A DNA stretch of 61,811 nt, counting the filler. It is 12 parts of 12 records of this genome, joined end to end, with 100 filler letters (N's around TTAATTAATTAA, not from the genome) between each part and the next. Parts side by side here need not be neighbours in the genome. Positions count along the whole stretch, not along the records: positions 21,711 to 25,753 come from SRR15195285_12645; positions 25,854 to 32,218 come from SRR15195285_12676; positions 32,319 to 36,789 come from SRR15195285_12677; 9 more parts are not named here. The stretch is one strand, 5' to 3'. The notes under the pieces were generated by a model that was not told where the DNA came from, made no database searches, and saw only the letters and a program-made list of their open reading frames with translations. Below are positions 21,713-32,712 of this stretch, piece after piece (position 1 is the stretch's first letter; each line of letters begins with the position of its first letter). A program made the translations under genes and the position numbers.

Positions 21713-24700
21713 ACGGTTTTTGAGGCATCCAGAGAGAACACTTCGAAGGCGCACGTGTCCAAAGGAACTACCGAACAGAAATGCCTCGTGGAGTTTCCAG
21801 GGCACGCCCACCAAGAGCTGTGGCTGGCCAAGCCTGACCTTCGGCCAGCGCTCCAGCTCCGTCATGTACGTCACCTGATTGCGTGCATGCTGAGGCTGCC
21901 TGCTTCCGCATGATGCTGAAATCTGCTCGGACTATTGGTGGACGCTTTGCTCAGGCCGACGGTCCGTGGTACCGAAAGGTTGCAAAGACTTCATCTAGAA
22001 CCGATGCGGATGCCAACGAGAGCGTTGAGGAGGCACCACAGGCGACCTCGGGGGATTTTGAGTGGGTGGCACTCGACCCCATGTCGCACAAGCTGCGCGT
22101 CCAGTCAGAATCTAGAAAGCGTCCGGCGCCGACGAGCCCTGCATCCGCCAGTAAGCACCAGCGAGACCACGAGCCGTTCCCTGAGGTGCCTGCTGCGCCA
22201 ACTTACTACCCAAGCGAGGAAGAGTTCGCCGAACCTTTCAAGTATATCCTGAGCATCAAGCCAGAGGCTGAAAAGTTCGGCATCTGCAAAATCGTGCCGC
22301 CACCAAACTGGAAGCCGTCATGGTCGATTGATTCGCGCAACTTCATTTTCGACACGCGCATACAGAACGTGCACCAGCTGCAGGAGCGTGGCGAGTTTCT
22401 ATTCTGGAAGCGGCTGAAAAAGTCTCTAGCGAGGCGCGGCACGCCACTAAAGGTTGTTCCTCGTCTCGATGGCAAGCAGCTGAACCTCTTCGCCCTGTAT
22501 CGCTGGGTGATGCAAGCTGGGGGCCAGGAAAAGATGGACGCAGCCAAATGGGCGGAGGTTGCCAACGAACTAAAGGTGCCCTCTGAGCTACCAGACCGCG
22601 CCAATCGGATATATCAGATGTACAAGACGTATCTAGCCGCCTTTGAGACCGAGGAGAAGCAAAACATGCAACAACAGTCGACCGTTGCTTCAATCGACTC
22701 CGAGCAAAGCAAACCGGCATTCCGCTCTCCAAATGCACTGCCTGCACCTGCAGCCGATCAGGAGAACCAGATCACGAAGCTCGACCAGCGCTGCGAGATT
22801 TGTTTCAAGGCCGATGACCCAGGCAATATGCTGCTCTGTGATGCGTGCGATGGAGGTTACCACACTTTCTGCTTGCGACCCAAGGTGACCGTAGTCCCAC
22901 ATGGCAACTGGTACTGCTCACGATGCAGGATGGAGCAAGTCGAGGAAGTCATGGGTGATGAGCCGTTTGGATTCGAGGATGGGCCCCAGTACACATTGAC
23001 AACCTTCCATACACTAGCTGATTCGTACAAACAGCGTTGGTTCTCTGGCTGTGGCCCAATGTCTACCCCTGACGCTGCCGGCATCGAACGGGACTTCTGG
23101 AAGATTGTCGAGGAGGGGTCGTCAATGCATGATGTACAGGTGCTCTACGGTGCCGACCTACCAACAATCAAGCACGGTTCCGGCTTTGCGGTAGATCCAA
23201 TGGATCCGTATTGCTCGCAACCTTGGAATATGAACGTCATGCCGACGTTGCCAGGTTCGCTACTCCGGCATCTCGATCGGACAGTGTCTGGGCTCATCGC
23301 ACCATGGCTGTATGTGGGGATGCTCTTTGCTGCCTTCTGCTGGCACAACGAAGACAACTATCTGTATTCTATCAATTATATGCACTGGGGGTCTACGAAG
23401 ACATGGTATGGCGTCCCTGGCAGTTCAGCAGAGGCCTTTGAGGCTGTGATGCGGGCCTCGATGCCGGAGCTATTCTCCTACTCGCCAGACCTGCTTTACC
23501 ACATTACGACAATGCTCTCGCCACGCCGGCTCATGGTGTGTCTACGCGACTCATCCCGTGCATTTCCATTCAAACCCCATCGCCGATTGCCGTACAACCT
23601 CCTCGTCTGTGGGTGATTGGTGCGCTACTGCTGCCAATGTGTGCGCAGGAAAAGAAAGTTCCCTGTTACAAACTCAACCAGGAGCCTGGCGAGTACATTC
23701 TCACTTTCCCTGAAGCATACCACGGAGGTTTCTCCCACGGTTTCAACTGCTGCGAAGCTGTCAATTTTGCTACTGCAGACTGGCTCGAGTACGTCTTCAC
23801 TCTGACACGAGTGGATCGCCTGTCAACACGTCATTGATTTTGGCGCCTTGTTTGTATGCTGCGCAGCCACGGTTTCAAGGCGGCAGCACGGTACAGGGAC
23901 TTCAAGCATATCGCCGCTTTTTCCGTCACAAAACTTCTTTTTCAGGTCATCCTGGCCCCCCTCGAGCGAAAGCTAGAGGACGGGTTGGAGACACTCCAGC
24001 TGCTGGAGCGGCACACCCGACGAGTTGTGGAGGAGGAGCGGACGATGCGCGATGACCTTCACAAGGCTGGCCTCAAGATGACGCTGAGAATGGAGGTGAG
24101 CACTGGACGCTGCCCTGCCATAGTCGTGTAGCAGCCAACTAGCCAGCCCAACTGCGTCCAGCATTTCAAGTTTTTGTGCACCTGCGGTGACTGTGTTTTC
24201 GGGTGATGGATGTGGTCTCCATACCGTAGCATGAACCAGCAGCGCCACCCGAAGATGGAGACGAGGACGGGCGGCTCTGCACGATCTGCAAAACCAACTG
24301 TTGGCTGTCATATGGTAGGCCACACTAACGCTGTACTCACGGTGCGAGCAATCTTGTGGATTCCACGTTAAATCCTCGTCTTGCTCGATTGTTTGCAGTC
24401 ACGTGCGCGTGTAGCCCGGACAAAGCTGTAGCGCTTTTCTACGCCCACAAACTGTGCTCTTGCGGTGCGCAAAGCTACCACTGTTCCTATAGTTGCCTTC
24501 GAGCTCAAATGACGTTGCGACGGGTTTGCTTTTGGTATCAGACATGTCACGACGCATTCTTTTCTTTCGTCATACACTCGCTGAGCTCGACGAGATGGTC
24601 GAGTCGTGTTCCGAAGCAGTAGCAGAGGCCAAGAAGCGGGAGGCATGTGGCTCGGGGCCGCCCAGCGGCCAGGACAGCAGCGCAGGAGCGGCCGAGGAAT

Positions 24701-24777
24701 CCACACTAAGGCAGTCCTCCGACGACACAGCTGTAGAGTCGCAAGCAGTCACCCAGATTGCTGCTGGTCGGCCATGA
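21713..24777 (+). CDS. KDM5: KDM5/JARID1-family histone demethylase (JmjN, ARID, PHD, JmjC, zf-C5HC2-like), 5'-truncated, 7 exons seen
   Basis: JmjN APTYYPSEEEF..GICKIVPP; ARID LNLFALY..GG..W.EVA; PHD CEIC..MLLCDACDGGYHTFCL..WYCSRC; JmjC PWLYVGMLFAAFCWHNED and YHGGFSHGFNCCEAVNFA. Introns at 21866-21954, 23536-23648, 23789-23866, 24096-24229, 24315-24398 and ~24464-24541. Confidence 0.93.
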
Positions 24778-25140
24778 TTGATTGGTTGAATGGAGGTTTG
24801 GCAGGCGTCCGCGACCACTAGATCAATAGATCAGTATATCAGCGCAACTAATCCTCAACAAATCTCAACTACCTAATTACCCGAAGGCCTAACTAATTCC
24901 TACTCATCCCAACAACAAAACGGTCGAATTCAATCGGTCAGGAGGCACAAAAATGAGGGAGGAACTGAAATGCGAAACGGTCGTTTAATTACGGTCCGGT
25001 ATCTGCTTGTCGGCTTGTCGATCGCACGTGCATACGATGTGACATGAGAAATCCTCTACTATTCAGTAAGTTTAAATTCGAACGGTCGTTCAACCGGTCG
25101 ACCGGGTACGACCGGTACCGGTTGAACGAACCGTAACGGC

Positions 25141-25753
25141 CTACCCAATAGCGGCGCGGACATCTGTGGCCCGGCGATCAAGACCTTCACCAGCGCCGCT
25201 TCCCATTTTCTTCCAAACCGCTAGCACCATCATTGCACGCGCCACTTCTCGGAATCTCTGCATTCCGCGTGACTTGCGCTTCTGCAGGAAGAAGGACCGG
25301 TTCATATATTCGATGCCCCACGCACCTGCAGTGCCCAGAGTTGTTGTTTTAGTTGAGCGGCTTTGTCGGTGCGCATGCAAGTAGGAGCAGTAGGTGATGG
25401 TACTTACCAAGGGTGCAAATACCCAAGTCGCTGTGCTCTAATGCCCAAAAGAATCTCTCTCGTACTGCTTCCTTGTCCTCCTCCGGAACCTTCTCGAATC
25501 GTGCGAACTGCAGCAGCGTGTCGAGCGCGAAAAAGGGCACGTTGCCCTCGGTCACCGGCTTGCCAGTCTTCGCGTCCACCTCACCCAACTTCAAGAGCTG
25601 CGCATACAGCGTGAATAGTCATTAGTTGTGAGTATACAGATAAATTCGCAACAGAGTCGTGACACTTAGGGCACCCAGTGTCACAGAGGCCTCGTACCGC
25701 GGCGATGATGCCAGTCTTCGCAATGTTCTCTCTGGATGCCTCAAAAACCGTCT
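25141..25753 (-). CDS. 3' part of an unknown spliced protein, convergent with KDM5
   Basis: Exons 25753-25698, 25597-25408 and 25325-25141 splice in frame via GTACGA..CAG and GTAAGT..CAG introns. Confidence 0.6.
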
Positions 25754-26120
25754 NNNNNNNNNNNNNNNNNNNNNNNNNNNNNNNNNNNNNNNNNNNNTTA
25801 ATTAATTAANNNNNNNNNNNNNNNNNNNNNNNNNNNNNNNNNNNNNNNNNNNNTTGTCTCATCAGCCCCGGTCCCGTTCTACTCTTGTACAGTTCATACT
25901 ATTCATGAATAGTAGCGCGTACATTGCGCGCGCTCAAGCACGCTCAAGCACAAGGGTGAGAGTACATCGGCTGACGCTTGCATGACGCAAATGTGTTCCC
26001 CCAGTCACGCCTGAATGCAGTCAAGCCCCCCGTGGGGGACGCTGTGGGCACGTCTTGCGCAGGGCTGACGCGGCACGCCGATAACGGCGGTACCGATCGG
26101 CAGCCAGCGGGCGCCACAGA

Positions 26121-28301
26121 ATGGCATGGGAGCAACATGACCGCACGAGCAAGTTCGTCAGTCCACAGCGACTGGCGAAGCTCAGCGTCGGCGTAATCAA
26201 ATCGAGCCTCTCTGGCTTGCACACGAAGTACGCTGGCGTTACACGGACAGTTCAACTTTCGGACAATGCGCGCGTGGCCTGCGCTGCTGCGCGAGGCGAA
26301 AACCAGGACGACGCCTTTGACGTGGTTTCACTGTTGACCCCGCGGCAGCGAGCCCTGATCAGCGCACCAGCTCGTAGCAAAACCCCGCCTGCAACGAAGT
26401 TCAGGCTGGCCAGCTTCAAGTCTCTCGATTTGGAAGACACTTACCTTACTGGCACACCGACGCAGGCTGTACCGTTGCGCAGGTCACGCTCACTCGATAT
26501 GTCCCGACGTGGTACCTTGCAGCCGCGGGGTGCAACTGGATCAGTTGTGGACTCTGATCTGCAACTCTCCAAAAGAACGGCCGGCAACATTCCTGCCCTG
26601 GCAGCGGCATTGAGCGCCAGGAAGCATGCGATGGTACAAACGGACATCAGCCTCGAGGAGAAACTGCAAGCAGTATTGTCAACCAACCAGCAGCAAGCAT
26701 ATGAACATCATGTTGAGGGTAGCGTAGCATCCAGATTCACGCGCGTAGGAGAGCACTTGGAGATATTTTCAGCCTCTGGACAGCAGTGGTGCCCGGGCAC
26801 GGTGATCGCAATTGCAGCCAAAGAAGTGCAGATCCAATACCACACGGGTGGGCAGGTCGATGGACAAAACACGCGGACGAAGTGGGTTTCTGTCAACAGC
26901 TCTGATGTTCGCCGCAAGGTGAATTCTAAGGATGTTGGACTTGCCGTAGACCAGTCGAGTACAAGCGATCCAATCGACAAAATTGAACTTGGCGTGAAGA
27001 CATCAAGGCAACAGCTCACACCACACGGAAAAGAGAAGGCCAGGCGGGCGCTTATGCGAGTGGGCTCGGTGCGTACAAAAGAAATGATCATGGAGCTAGT
27101 CGCGTGGACGTACTCGTGCAATGCGTTCTCCGGGCTAACCTTAGCGCAGCGCAAGCAAGTATGCATGGAAGTGGATGGTGTGAAGACCCCAGAGAATGGT
27201 CGAATTGTACACAGTGGAAACAAATCGTTCAGGGCTGACGTGACTATCATCTTTGACGGATGTGGTGCCATGTACACGTCTAGGAACAACAACTCTGACT
27301 CTCACCCGAAGAGTCTCGCTACGAAGCTGAAGACGATGAAACGGCGTAATTCTGTTGTGGCTTCCCACTCCCACCAGCGGCGTTCCGCAGTAATGCCAGA
27401 ACCACGCAGCTTTGAACAGTTTTCGGGGCGGCTACCTTCTGTGTTTGAAACCGGAGCGGAGCTCGCACGTGCCTCTCGTCACAACTCTACTTTTCGTTCC
27501 AGCCGCAATGGCTTCTTTGCGGGCAATTCTTTCCTCGTCAAAGTGGAGCTTGTCGATGGTGACGTCGTACTGCCTGAGATCGCATTCCACAACGCCGATG
27601 CAGAAAGGATCAACGCAGATGGCGTTCGAGTACCTGATTTGACAGTGTTGGCCATGGAGGACACGACAACTATGGTGATCCACAACCCGCAGCACATTCA
27701 GTGGTTGAAACGATCCTATGAACAAGATATTCAGCACAAAGTTCGCGACCTGAAACGGCTCCCCAAATACAAAAACTACGAGTGTATACCACTCCTGGCG
27801 AAGCATTCCCGTCGCATGTGGTATCCAGCCGGAACTGCGATCGTCAACGAAAGCGATTTAGCAGAGCATGTGTACTACCTGATCTCTGGCAAAGCTGCCA
27901 TCGTAAAACAAGCTGGCAAGTCCAATGAGCAACAGCTCGATGTGATAGGGCGAGGCGCTTGCATTGGTGACTGGGGAGTCGTTAACGAAAGGCTGAGACC
28001 TGCGTCTTGTATAGCACAAACCGAGGTGGAAGTACTTAAAATTAGGGGGGTAAATTTTCAGGCAGTCGCAGATGATACGCTACTTGGCGAGATTACTGAT
28101 GGAGACGCCGACGCCGGTGGAATGTTTGTCCCAAAGCTAGACACGGACGCAAACGCAAACGCGGATACAGAGACCACTACAGATACAAACGAAACGGCAA
28201 TATCGGAGGACTACACGAAGGCTACGTTCGAGGACACTGGTTCATTCAAGTTGATCTCGCGCCGTGAGATACGTAAAGCTGTAGTGGCGATGAAGAAGTA
28301 G
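26121..28301 (+). CDS. Cyclic-nucleotide-binding-domain protein with a Tudor/Agenet-like module
   Basis: C-terminal CNBD YPAGTAIVNESDLAEHVYYLISG..GACIGDWGVVNERLRPASCIAQTEVEVLKI, preceded by a degenerate, interrupted CNBD. GEHLEIFSASGQQWCPGTVIAI..VQIQY resembles a Tudor/Agenet barrel. Confidence 0.75.
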   Translation: MAWEQHDRTSKFVSPQRLAKLSVGVIKSSLSGLHTKYAGVTRTVQLSDNARVACAAARGENQDDAFDVVSLLTPRQRALISAPARSKTPPATKFRLASFKSLDLEDTYLTGTPTQAVPLRRSRSLDMSRRGTLQPRGATGSVVDSDLQLSKRTAGNIPALAAALSARKHAMVQTDISLEEKLQAVLSTNQQQAYEHHVEGSVASRFTRVGEHLEIFSASGQQWCPGTVIAIAAKEVQIQYHTGGQVDGQNTRTKWVSVNSSDVRRKVNSKDVGLAVDQSSTSDPIDKIELGVKTSRQQLTPHGKEKARRALMRVGSVRTKEMIMELVAWTYSCNAFSGLTLAQRKQVCMEVDGVKTPENGRIVHSGNKSFRADVTIIFDGCGAMYTSRNNNSDSHPKSLATKLKTMKRRNSVVASHSHQRRSAVMPEPRSFEQFSGRLPSVFETGAELARASRHNSTFRSSRNGFFAGNSFLVKVELVDGDVVLPEIAFHNADAERINADGVRVPDLTVLAMEDTTTMVIHNPQHIQWLKRSYEQDIQHKVRDLKRLPKYKNYECIPLLAKHSRRMWYPAGTAIVNESDLAEHVYYLISGKAAIVKQAGKSNEQQLDVIGRGACIGDWGVVNERLRPASCIAQTEVEVLKIRGVNFQAVADDTLLGEITDGDADAGGMFVPKLDTDANANADTETTTDTNETAISEDYTKATFEDTGSFKLISRREIRKAVVAMKK

Positions 28302-28717
28302 CTTAGTTAGAGCCTTATAACTTTGACCACAGCTAGCCGACTGCCAAGACCCGAAATGAATGATTGAATCTCAACGCCTGCGTCACTAGACAGATCATGC
28401 ATAGTATTTTGCGCCAATCCGCTCTTCTGGGGTACATGCAGCCAGTGACATAAGCGAAGGTGGACTAGTTATCACTACACTGAGTCGACTGAGGCTGAGT
28501 GCACTCAGCACGCCTCTCTAGAGCTACCTACAGGTAGAGGATCACGAAGAAGGAAATTCTCAACCTGAGAATGGACCCGCTTTCGATGACCTTTCAAGAC
28601 CACCCGTCGTCGAGCCGCGCCTGTTCTTCCGCGCGAGCATCAGTACTGTATAGTACAGTACTGAAGTTGTATTGGCTGTGTTATGAGTTGATCAGGGTCG
28701 ATGGATCGACACGATGG

Positions 28718-28899
28718 ACTGGGCAGAAGATCGTGGTACGGAGTGGGGATAGAAGCGTGCGCATCTAGGATGCCGCGACGGGCGAGTGTGTGCGCACACT
28801 CGATGGGCACCCACGTGCCGTGTTCTCGGTGCAGGTCAGCCCCGATGGGCAGAGGATCGTGTCTGAGGTAGGGATAGCAGTGTTCGCATCTTGAATGCT
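28718..28899 (+). pseudogene. Decayed WD40-repeat fragment
   Basis: Reads GQKIVVRSGDRSVRI*DAATGECVRTLDGHPRAVFSVQVSPDGQRIVS. TAG at 28766-28768 replaces the W of the WD dipeptide, and the next repeat (RDSSVRILNA) is frameshifted. Confidence 0.8.
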
Positions 28900-29202
28900 G
28901 TTCATGAACACGGAGTTACACTTTTCTCCGTTGGGGCTTCGAGTAAAGACCCCCACGACCCTCGTTCTAGCTCCAATCTAGTACTACCGGGCCCGTCTCT
29001 ACCCGACTCGCGCACAGGTACCCAACCTGCGTCAAACAACAACATACCAGTGTCAACTTCGAACGCATGGTAAATATAGCAGGCATTCGAGACAGTTGCG
29101 CAAAGGTCTATCCAGACAATCTGAGGCTGTACGCTGTATGCAGTACTTCACTGGTCTCTCAATGCCTGGAGAGAATAATTGTAAAGAGTCTTGGGACATG
29201 AT

Positions 29203-32007
29203 TCATTCCAACACGAGCATCCTCAGTTGCGTCTCCTCTCCGCCCGTTACTCGAATTTGCATGTTGCCATTCGCTTGCACTAGCGCTTCATAGCCTGTCC
29301 AGCCCGCAGGCATTGAACCAGTAACTGTTGACGCGTTCACATGCCGAGCATCGAGCGTGACTGTGATTTTCTCTTTTCGAAGAAACCATAGGACCCATCT
29401 CTGCTGCAACACATGAGGGGGCTTTTGTGTTGTGAGAACGATCTGCGTTCGCAAGGACGGCTCTTTGTCCAGCATTCCGCCGGTACAGAGTGGTTGCCAT
29501 TGAAGCCCAGTGCCCTGTTTCGCAGCCTCACACTCCGCCACGACACAGGCATTGCACTCACTAGATGTCTGGATCCAGTCATGGCAGCAAGCTGAGCAAA
29601 CTGTACAGCTGCTTTCGTTGCAAGACTTCTCTGTCTTCACTGTGTACGGGTACGCGTTTCCATAATGTGGTGCCACTGCTGACAGAATTTCGTCCACAAC
29701 GCTCCACACGACATGTGTACTCGAGTTGCTGGCACCGTCACCACAATTTCCAGACCCTGTGCCAATCTGATTGTCATACTTCAGAGCAACAAAGTAGACT
29801 GCTCCGGACCCGTGTCTGTTGCGCGTGACGAGCGGGTAGTGCCCACGAGTCTTGCTGGCTGGTGCGTTCGACACGTTTAGCGAGACAAGAATCTCGGCTG
29901 TTGGAGTACCTTGCGCCAAAGTCACAAGATTTACGCAGGTTGCCGACGAGGGTAGTTTGCGAGGAAGCGAGCCGCTGGAGTTCCATTGCTTCGTGTGGCT
30001 GGTGACAGTCCATGTGTGGTGCCCAGCATGATAGCATTCTGTGGACGACATGGTGAATCCAGTCACCTCTTTCCGGAGCAACAGCCCACTGTCACTCTGG
30101 ACCATCGTGCCGTAGGCGTCGAATCGCAGGGCGTCCCCGCTGAGGACGAGGTTTCCGCCATTGGCGACGTAAGCCTCCAACACCTGGGTCTGCTGTGTCG
30201 AAAGACCGCTAGACTCGACGAGCACAACCGTGCTAAACTGAGCCAAAAACTCTAGTGGCGGACCGCTGAGCCCACTCAGCTGCAGGCTATTGATGAACTG
30301 CATCGAGAGTGATCCTCCCCGCACAGCCAGCAGGGGCATGTTGTAGAACGCCTCCAGTGCTTGCACATATGATTTACGAAAGTAATTATCATATCTCAAT
30401 CTGGTGTTCTCACTGTAGATGATCGCGACGGGGAGGTCAACTTGCGTCGCATTGTCTAGGTACTCATCTGTCTTCGCCTGCTCGCCGTAAAACCACCGGA
30501 ACAATGTCTCGTTGTAGCCACCACTCTTGTGCTCCTGCGTCCAACCAGGGTTCTGATAGCCTGTGGTTAGATTCATCAGCGGTGGTTCGAAATAGCTATA
30601 CATGATCGCGCCTCTAGCAACAGCTTCCCACGCAGCCTCAATTTGTGCATCCCCTGACTGCATCGATGATGTATCGCAGCCAAGCATGCATCCGTTCACT
30701 GTGCCCTTCGTTGCCACTGTCGTAGCCTGTTGCACTGCCCAGAGGAAGACGGAGCTGAATTCGCTGAATGCAACATCATTAGTTTCGGCGCAGGTATTCA
30801 TGTCATTCAACGTCTCACCATCTGTGAATGGCGCGCGGTACGGGCCATATCCATTCGCCCACGTCATGATGTCTGGTTTCTGCTTCAGCATTGCCGCTCG
30901 CAACGTCTTCATCGTTCGTGTGGTCGTGGCACGGTAAAAATCATACTGTCTTCGCCACTGGTCCTTCGGGAACGGCTCGGGCATCTCTTCACCGTACAGT
31001 TGCAGGTAGAATGCCTTGTCTCCGCTCGTATAGCAGTGCCCCAATCCATCCGCTAGCCCATCAAACCGGAAGGCATCCGGCTGATAGCGCGCAACTATCT
31101 CAGTAGTCAGGCTGGTCAGGGTTTCGAGGTGGCCCGGTGCATTCTGACAGATAGTCGAGCCACCTTCAAACGCGCCGGTGACGTTGTACTGCGAGTACGA
31201 GTACTCTGGTCGCTCGCCAGCATAGCGGTTCGAGCTGCCGACGTTCATGTATAGGAAGACACCGAGCGGCTTTCCACGCTTCGTTCGCACTGCTCTGAGC
31301 GCCGTGATCGTGTCGCCTAGCCAGTCCTGGCGTTTGGCAACAAGAGACGGGTACGGACGCGCGCCACTATTCGTCGGCCTATTATACGATCGCAGTAGTC
31401 AGAACGTAACGGTGTGCAACGGCATTTGCACTCCACACGGGTAGCACACGCGACGCACTCACCAGTACGTCACCCATCCAGAATCTGGGTGTGCCTCGAG
31501 CTGTACCGAATCAACGTTCATCGAAACCATGAACTCAGCAAATGCCTCCGCATCGGCCCGCCCAGAATAGTTTTGGAAGCAGGTGTAGTCGCCAATGTTG
31601 GGGGTGTGCGGCGTAGCAGCACATTTGAAATGATGACCGTGAGTGGCTGAGTTGTTGCACCAACACGCGTGGTTGATCGTGAAGTCCAGATGCCGCCGCC
31701 ACTTCGTCGCCCATCCCGGCTTCGCCGCGTACGGCAGCGGCCCAGCTGCTACGGACCCCGCCCGAGCCAGGAGAGGACGTGACGTGAGCGCCAGTATCTG
31801 TTCCGACCATAGGCATGCTTGCAGTCAAACGGGTCGGATGCACGACCCAATTATGCAAAATCGATGATCACAGCTGGCGAAGGTGCTGACGAAGAACAGT
31901 ACAGAATTCCAATGGTAATCAGGCAGCTGATCGAAAGAATTTTTGTATGGGGTTCTGTGAATCGGTACCGTCCGCACCAGCAGGGCAGCTGCTGCCAAGG
32001 CCAGCAT
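29203..32007 (-). CDS. Secreted GHL6/GH151-like glycoside hydrolase (TIM barrel plus GH42-type trimerisation-like domain), 3 exons, ~846 aa
   Basis: Exons 32007-31978, 31797-31463 and 31378-29203 splice in frame; signal peptide MLALAAAALLILAL. Motifs RRHLDF, DAEAFAEF..NVDSV..H..GWVTYWPT, DWLGD, IVARYQPDAFRFDG and LEAYVANGGNLVLSG. Confidence 0.7.
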
Positions 32008-32712
32008 ACTACCGTATATAATGGCGGTCGCTGCCCCGCCCGCCCCCCGGCCTCGCGCTGGTATGCGTAGAGCCACGAAGTGTATCGACGCTGGCGTGCT
32101 GCCAGCTGATGAATCCGTCGGACGAGGAAGGGAGCTAGGGGCACGCCGAAGGCCGCGCCGGGTCCATCCGCCGCCGCGGTGGCGCGCGCGCCGGGCCGCG
32201 GCCGCGCGCCCGCCGCCGNNNNNNNNNNNNNNNNNNNNNNNNNNNNNNNNNNNNNNNNNNNNTTAATTAATTAANNNNNNNNNNNNNNNNNNNNNNNNNN
32301 NNNNNNNNNNNNNNNNNNTATCTGGATAGCTAGAGTTCCAATTAGAATTACACGGATACACGCAACACAGCAACCGCTCGAGTCTGGGAGACTGATGTGT
32401 GATGATGACGCGCGTGATGAGACTCTCTGCATGGCTGGCTGATGCGCGAAGCCGCGAACACCGTACTAATACCATTATAGTATAGAAGTATAGTAGTATA
32501 CCGCGGGACCCGGAGCCGTCGACGAGGAGCAGCGCCACTGCTATGAATAGCCACTACAGGAGCACTGGCAGGGGAGGCCACACGGCGCCCCGCCCCGCCT
32601 AGTACGGCTGGACGATGCTGCTCGCCGAGGAACCGTGTGAAGAGATCCTGTGATGCTGATGGGTGCAGCTCGGGTGGTGTGACTCGCGTGTACCAGACAG
32701 GACGGTCCGGAT

